Shown piece after piece: positions 60,925-64,000 of a DNA stretch of 64,000 nt. Source of the stretch: Narcine bancroftii (lineage: Eukaryota); contig NC_091473.1 of the NCBI RefSeq assembly GCF_036971445.1, positions 9,238,001-9,302,000 of the forward strand, in the 5' to 3' direction. Below the pieces are notes generated by a model. It worked only from the letters and a program-made list of their open reading frames with translations. It did not search any database and was not told the DNA's origin. Made by a program: the position numbers and the translations under genes. Position 1 is the stretch's first letter. Each line of letters begins with the position of its first letter.

Positions 60925-61035
60925 GTAAGGTTTGGCTTTGGTTGTTATTGGATTAGAGTATTTCTTCATTTGTAGAATTAGTTTTAATTTAACTAATTAG
61001 AATCAACTTCCTGTGTGCATTAAGGTGCATTTTGT

Positions 61036-61293
61036 AAAAAAAATTAGACATACAGTATGGCAATAGGCCATTTTGGCCCACGAGTCTGTGCCACCCAATT
61101 TACACCCCATTAGCATACATTCATGGTATGTTTCGAATGGTGGGATGAAACTGGAGCTCTCAGGGAAAATCCACGCAGACACGGGGAGAACGTATAAACT
61201 GCTTACAGACAGCACGGGATTCAAACCCTGGTCCGGTCCCGATAGCTGGCGCTGTAAAGGCAAAACGCTCACCGCTACGCCAACTGTGCCACC
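61036..61293 (-). mobile_element. tRNA-derived V-SINE-like SINE
   Basis: Same family as 57049-57282. Confidence 0.85.
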
Positions 61294-61907
61294 CAAACAG
61301 CACCAATATTTTGAACAAAAAAGAAATCCGCTTCCTTCACCAGTTCTGATCCATAAGTTACATTGCAATATGGTCTCTGAATAGGCCCAGCAAACTCCTT
61401 AATTGTACCAGTTGTAAGCCTAGGCTAGGGACACAGTGGAAAGTGGAAGCCCTGTTCTTGTAAGTACTGAATCCATACAATCTTGTTTGATTTGGGACGA
61501 GGGGTGGGATTAAGCAGGCAGCCGTATTTTTGGACTAAGGTTAGTGTGATAGTGTTGAAGCAGAGGGTTAGGTTGAGAGCTAGATAAGGTGGCTCACAGA
61601 TCAACAAAATGGCAATGCAAATCCTGAGGAGACAACTTGGGTGGTGCAGCTATCATTTCACCGGTTCAGGCATCTCAGCTCAATCGTCACTTATGGTGCT
61701 GTCTGCTCATTCTCTCTCTGATTGAGTCGGTTTCCTCTGGGAGGTCTAGTTTTCTCTCAGATATGTCCAATTCAGTAGGGTTAATTGGCGATTGCAAATT
61801 TCCCTCATTCAGTGAGTGGCGGAATTGATCTAAAAGCAGAGAGAATAAAATAGGTTAGTGTATCACTATGACATCATGGTCTTTAACTTTCTTTTATATT
61901 TTCTTTT

Positions 61908-62143
61908 AAGTTTAGACATACAGCACGGTAACAGACCATTTCAGCCCATGAGTCCGCACAGTTTACACCCGATTAACCTACACCCCTGATACGTTTCGAA
62001 CGGTGGGAGGAAACCAGAGTCCCTGGAAGAAACCCCACGCAGACATGGGGAGAACGTACAAACTCCTTACAGACAGCATGGGATTTGAATCCTGGTCCCG
62101 ATCACTGGCCCTGCAAAGGTGTTGTGCTAACTGCTACGCCAAC
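61908..62143 (-). mobile_element. tRNA-derived V-SINE-like SINE
   Basis: Same family as 57049-57282. Confidence 0.85.
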
Positions 62144-63053
62144 TAAGTTCATTTATGTGGTATTTGAAAAACAGTTTCATAAGTGATATAAACAAAAAAT
62201 GTAGAAACCCAGGTCCTGTAGCAGATTTTTACACTTTGATTTTATCAATCCACCTGAGCAGCGTCGAGAATTGCTTGCTGTATGTCATTGAATGCTCTAT
62301 ACTCATACATAAGGTGCCACTGGTTGGTTTTGTCATGAACAGATTGCATCACCACACTTGGTGGAGAGATATTTCTTTCCATTTGGTGAAGATAAGCCAG
62401 CAATATGTGGTCCTCATACCAGACCAATTCGGTGTTTCATTTTCCTCTTGCCCCACCCAGCTCATTTCTTTCTGCTGCGACTCCTTCCTTTATCTCTTGA
62501 TCCAGTTTCACTTCCACTCATGGCGCGTCTCACGTGCTGTGGTCTCTGATTTCCTCATCGTTACTATGGGCATGCAGTCCTTCAAGCCTCCAGTCAATAC
62601 CAGGATGGGCTCAGGACCTTTTGCCTTTTTTATTTCGAACGGAAAACAAACCAGTTCCCCTCCAACGATGCATTCTCAGATTCGGCAATTTCTCCTCCTT
62701 ACGCTGTTCCAGGTCAGAGGTGAGAGCGTGCAAATCTACTTGAGCTCCATTCTATCTTTCACTTGTGGGATATGTGGTACTGACTTTGCTCAGTCCTCAC
62801 TCCTTTCGTTTGTTTCTCTCTTCCTTTGTCTGTGTTAGAGGCAGTCAAGTACCTCTGCCTGTCAACCTTCACCCCTCTCTGGCCCACCAATCCCTCACTG
62901 GCTCCTATCCAATCCCTCTCATCCTGTCCACATTAGACTGGTTTCTCCCTTCTGTGCTGATGAAGAGTTCTAGCCCAAAACGATGACCATTCTTTTTTTT
63001 CCTTCCATAGATGTTGCTTGGCTGGCTGAGTTCTTCCAGCAGATTGTTTATTC

Positions 63054-63418
63054 CAGTGGTTCTCAACCCTTCTCTTTCCACTCACATCCCACTTTAAGTA
63101 ATCCCTGTGCTGTCGGTGCTCTGTGATTAGTAAGGGATTGCTTAAGGTGGGATGCGAGTGGGAAGGGAAGGTTGAGAACCACTGCTCTAGACCCAATTGT
63201 GACTGAAATATTTTGCTTGAGAAAAATTGTGTTTGGCCCTAATTTCCTTTCGAGATATGAAACCGTGCACTTGAGGGACAATTAAAACAGTGGTTTTCAA
63301 CCTTTTACTTTTCACCCACATCCCACCTTAAGCAATCCCTTACTAATCACAGAGCATCTATGACATAGGGATTACTTAAGTGGGTATATGAGTGGGAAGG
63401 GAAGGTTGAGAGCCACTT
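63054..63418. mobile_element. hAT/Charlie-type MITE (dimer form)
   Basis: CAGTGGTTCTCAACC left end. Perfect TSD gtttattc at 63046-63053 and 63419-63426. Confidence 0.9.
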
Positions 63419-63620
63419 GTTTATTCAGTCCTTTGCGGCTCTTTACCTCTGTTAAGCATCATAAGCTCACAGACTCCCCATTGGGACTATAATTCTTCCC
63501 ACCCTGCTTCATGTAAGGATTCCACTTCAGTTTCCCCATTCCTTTGCCTCCAATAAACAAGACGTGGCCATCAATAGGAAAAAAGGTAGAAACCTCATAA
63601 GCATCTGTATGAAAAGCCTT

Positions 63621-63843
63621 TTTTTTTTAAGGCACACAGCATGGTAACAGGCCATTTTGGCCCACAAGTCAGGCCACTCAATTTACACCCCATTAACCTA
63701 CACTCCACAGTACGTTTTGAATGGTGGGAGGAAACCAGAGCCCCCGGGGAGAACCTACAAATTACAGAGAGCGCCGGATTCGAATCCCAGACCCGATCGC
63801 TGGCACTGTAAAGGCGTTGCGGTAACCGCTACGCAACCGTGCG
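63621..63843 (-). mobile_element. tRNA-derived V-SINE-like SINE
   Basis: Same family, with a T-rich end at ~63619-63628. Confidence 0.85.
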
Positions 63844-64000
63844 ACCCCCATCTGTTCTGATGGCAAGGCTTTCCATACAGATGCTTCTGAGATATCTACC
63901 CTTTATCCTGAACTGTAGCGTATTGGCGGATCCTTCGCCCACATCTTCTTGATTTCCTGCACCTCTGTTCTCACATGCTACAGTAAGGACTATAGCCCCG

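Noticed and set aside
62360-62430. WRDISFH as OGG1 coding exon 2 (expected to start W-R/K-E)
   Set aside because: No AG acceptor in the required phase and no similarity to the expected W.GVL...VWTL.Q sequence.

Overview
Vertebrate genomic DNA, most likely from a cartilaginous fish such as a ray. This is inferred from the elasmobranch-type V-SINE, CR1 and Penelope repeats, not proven. Three spliced protein-coding genes can be rebuilt by hand. (1) CCDC51/MITOK on the minus strand: 3 coding exons, 7541->2306, 409 aa. (2) BRPF1 on the plus strand: 12 coding exons, 17477->45667, 1201 aa, with C2H2, EPC, PZP, bromodomain and PWWP domains. It lies head-to-head with CCDC51 across a CpG-rich region (~8.5-9.9 kb) that contains a 326-N assembly gap. 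(3) The first coding exon of OGG1 (60815-60924, +), absent from the ORF track, with a probable CpG promoter and non-coding first exon at ~54.7-55.3 kb. The rest is intronic or intergenic DNA rich in transposons: young RTE-clade LINE 3' ends, Rex1/Babar, CR1, L1- and L2-like fragments, Penelope elements and their fold-back derivatives, V-SINEs, a 5S-rRNA-headed SINE-like element, hAT/Charlie deletion derivatives with a modular MITE family, and Harbinger-like and Tigger-like MITEs. I see no clearly new gene system. The best leads are the clustered 5' ends of the RTE copies, the monomer/dimer/tetramer hAT MITE series, the 5S-headed element, an array of TGATTGACAG motifs by the OGG1 promoter, and an unexplained 227-codon open frame in the OGG1 intron.
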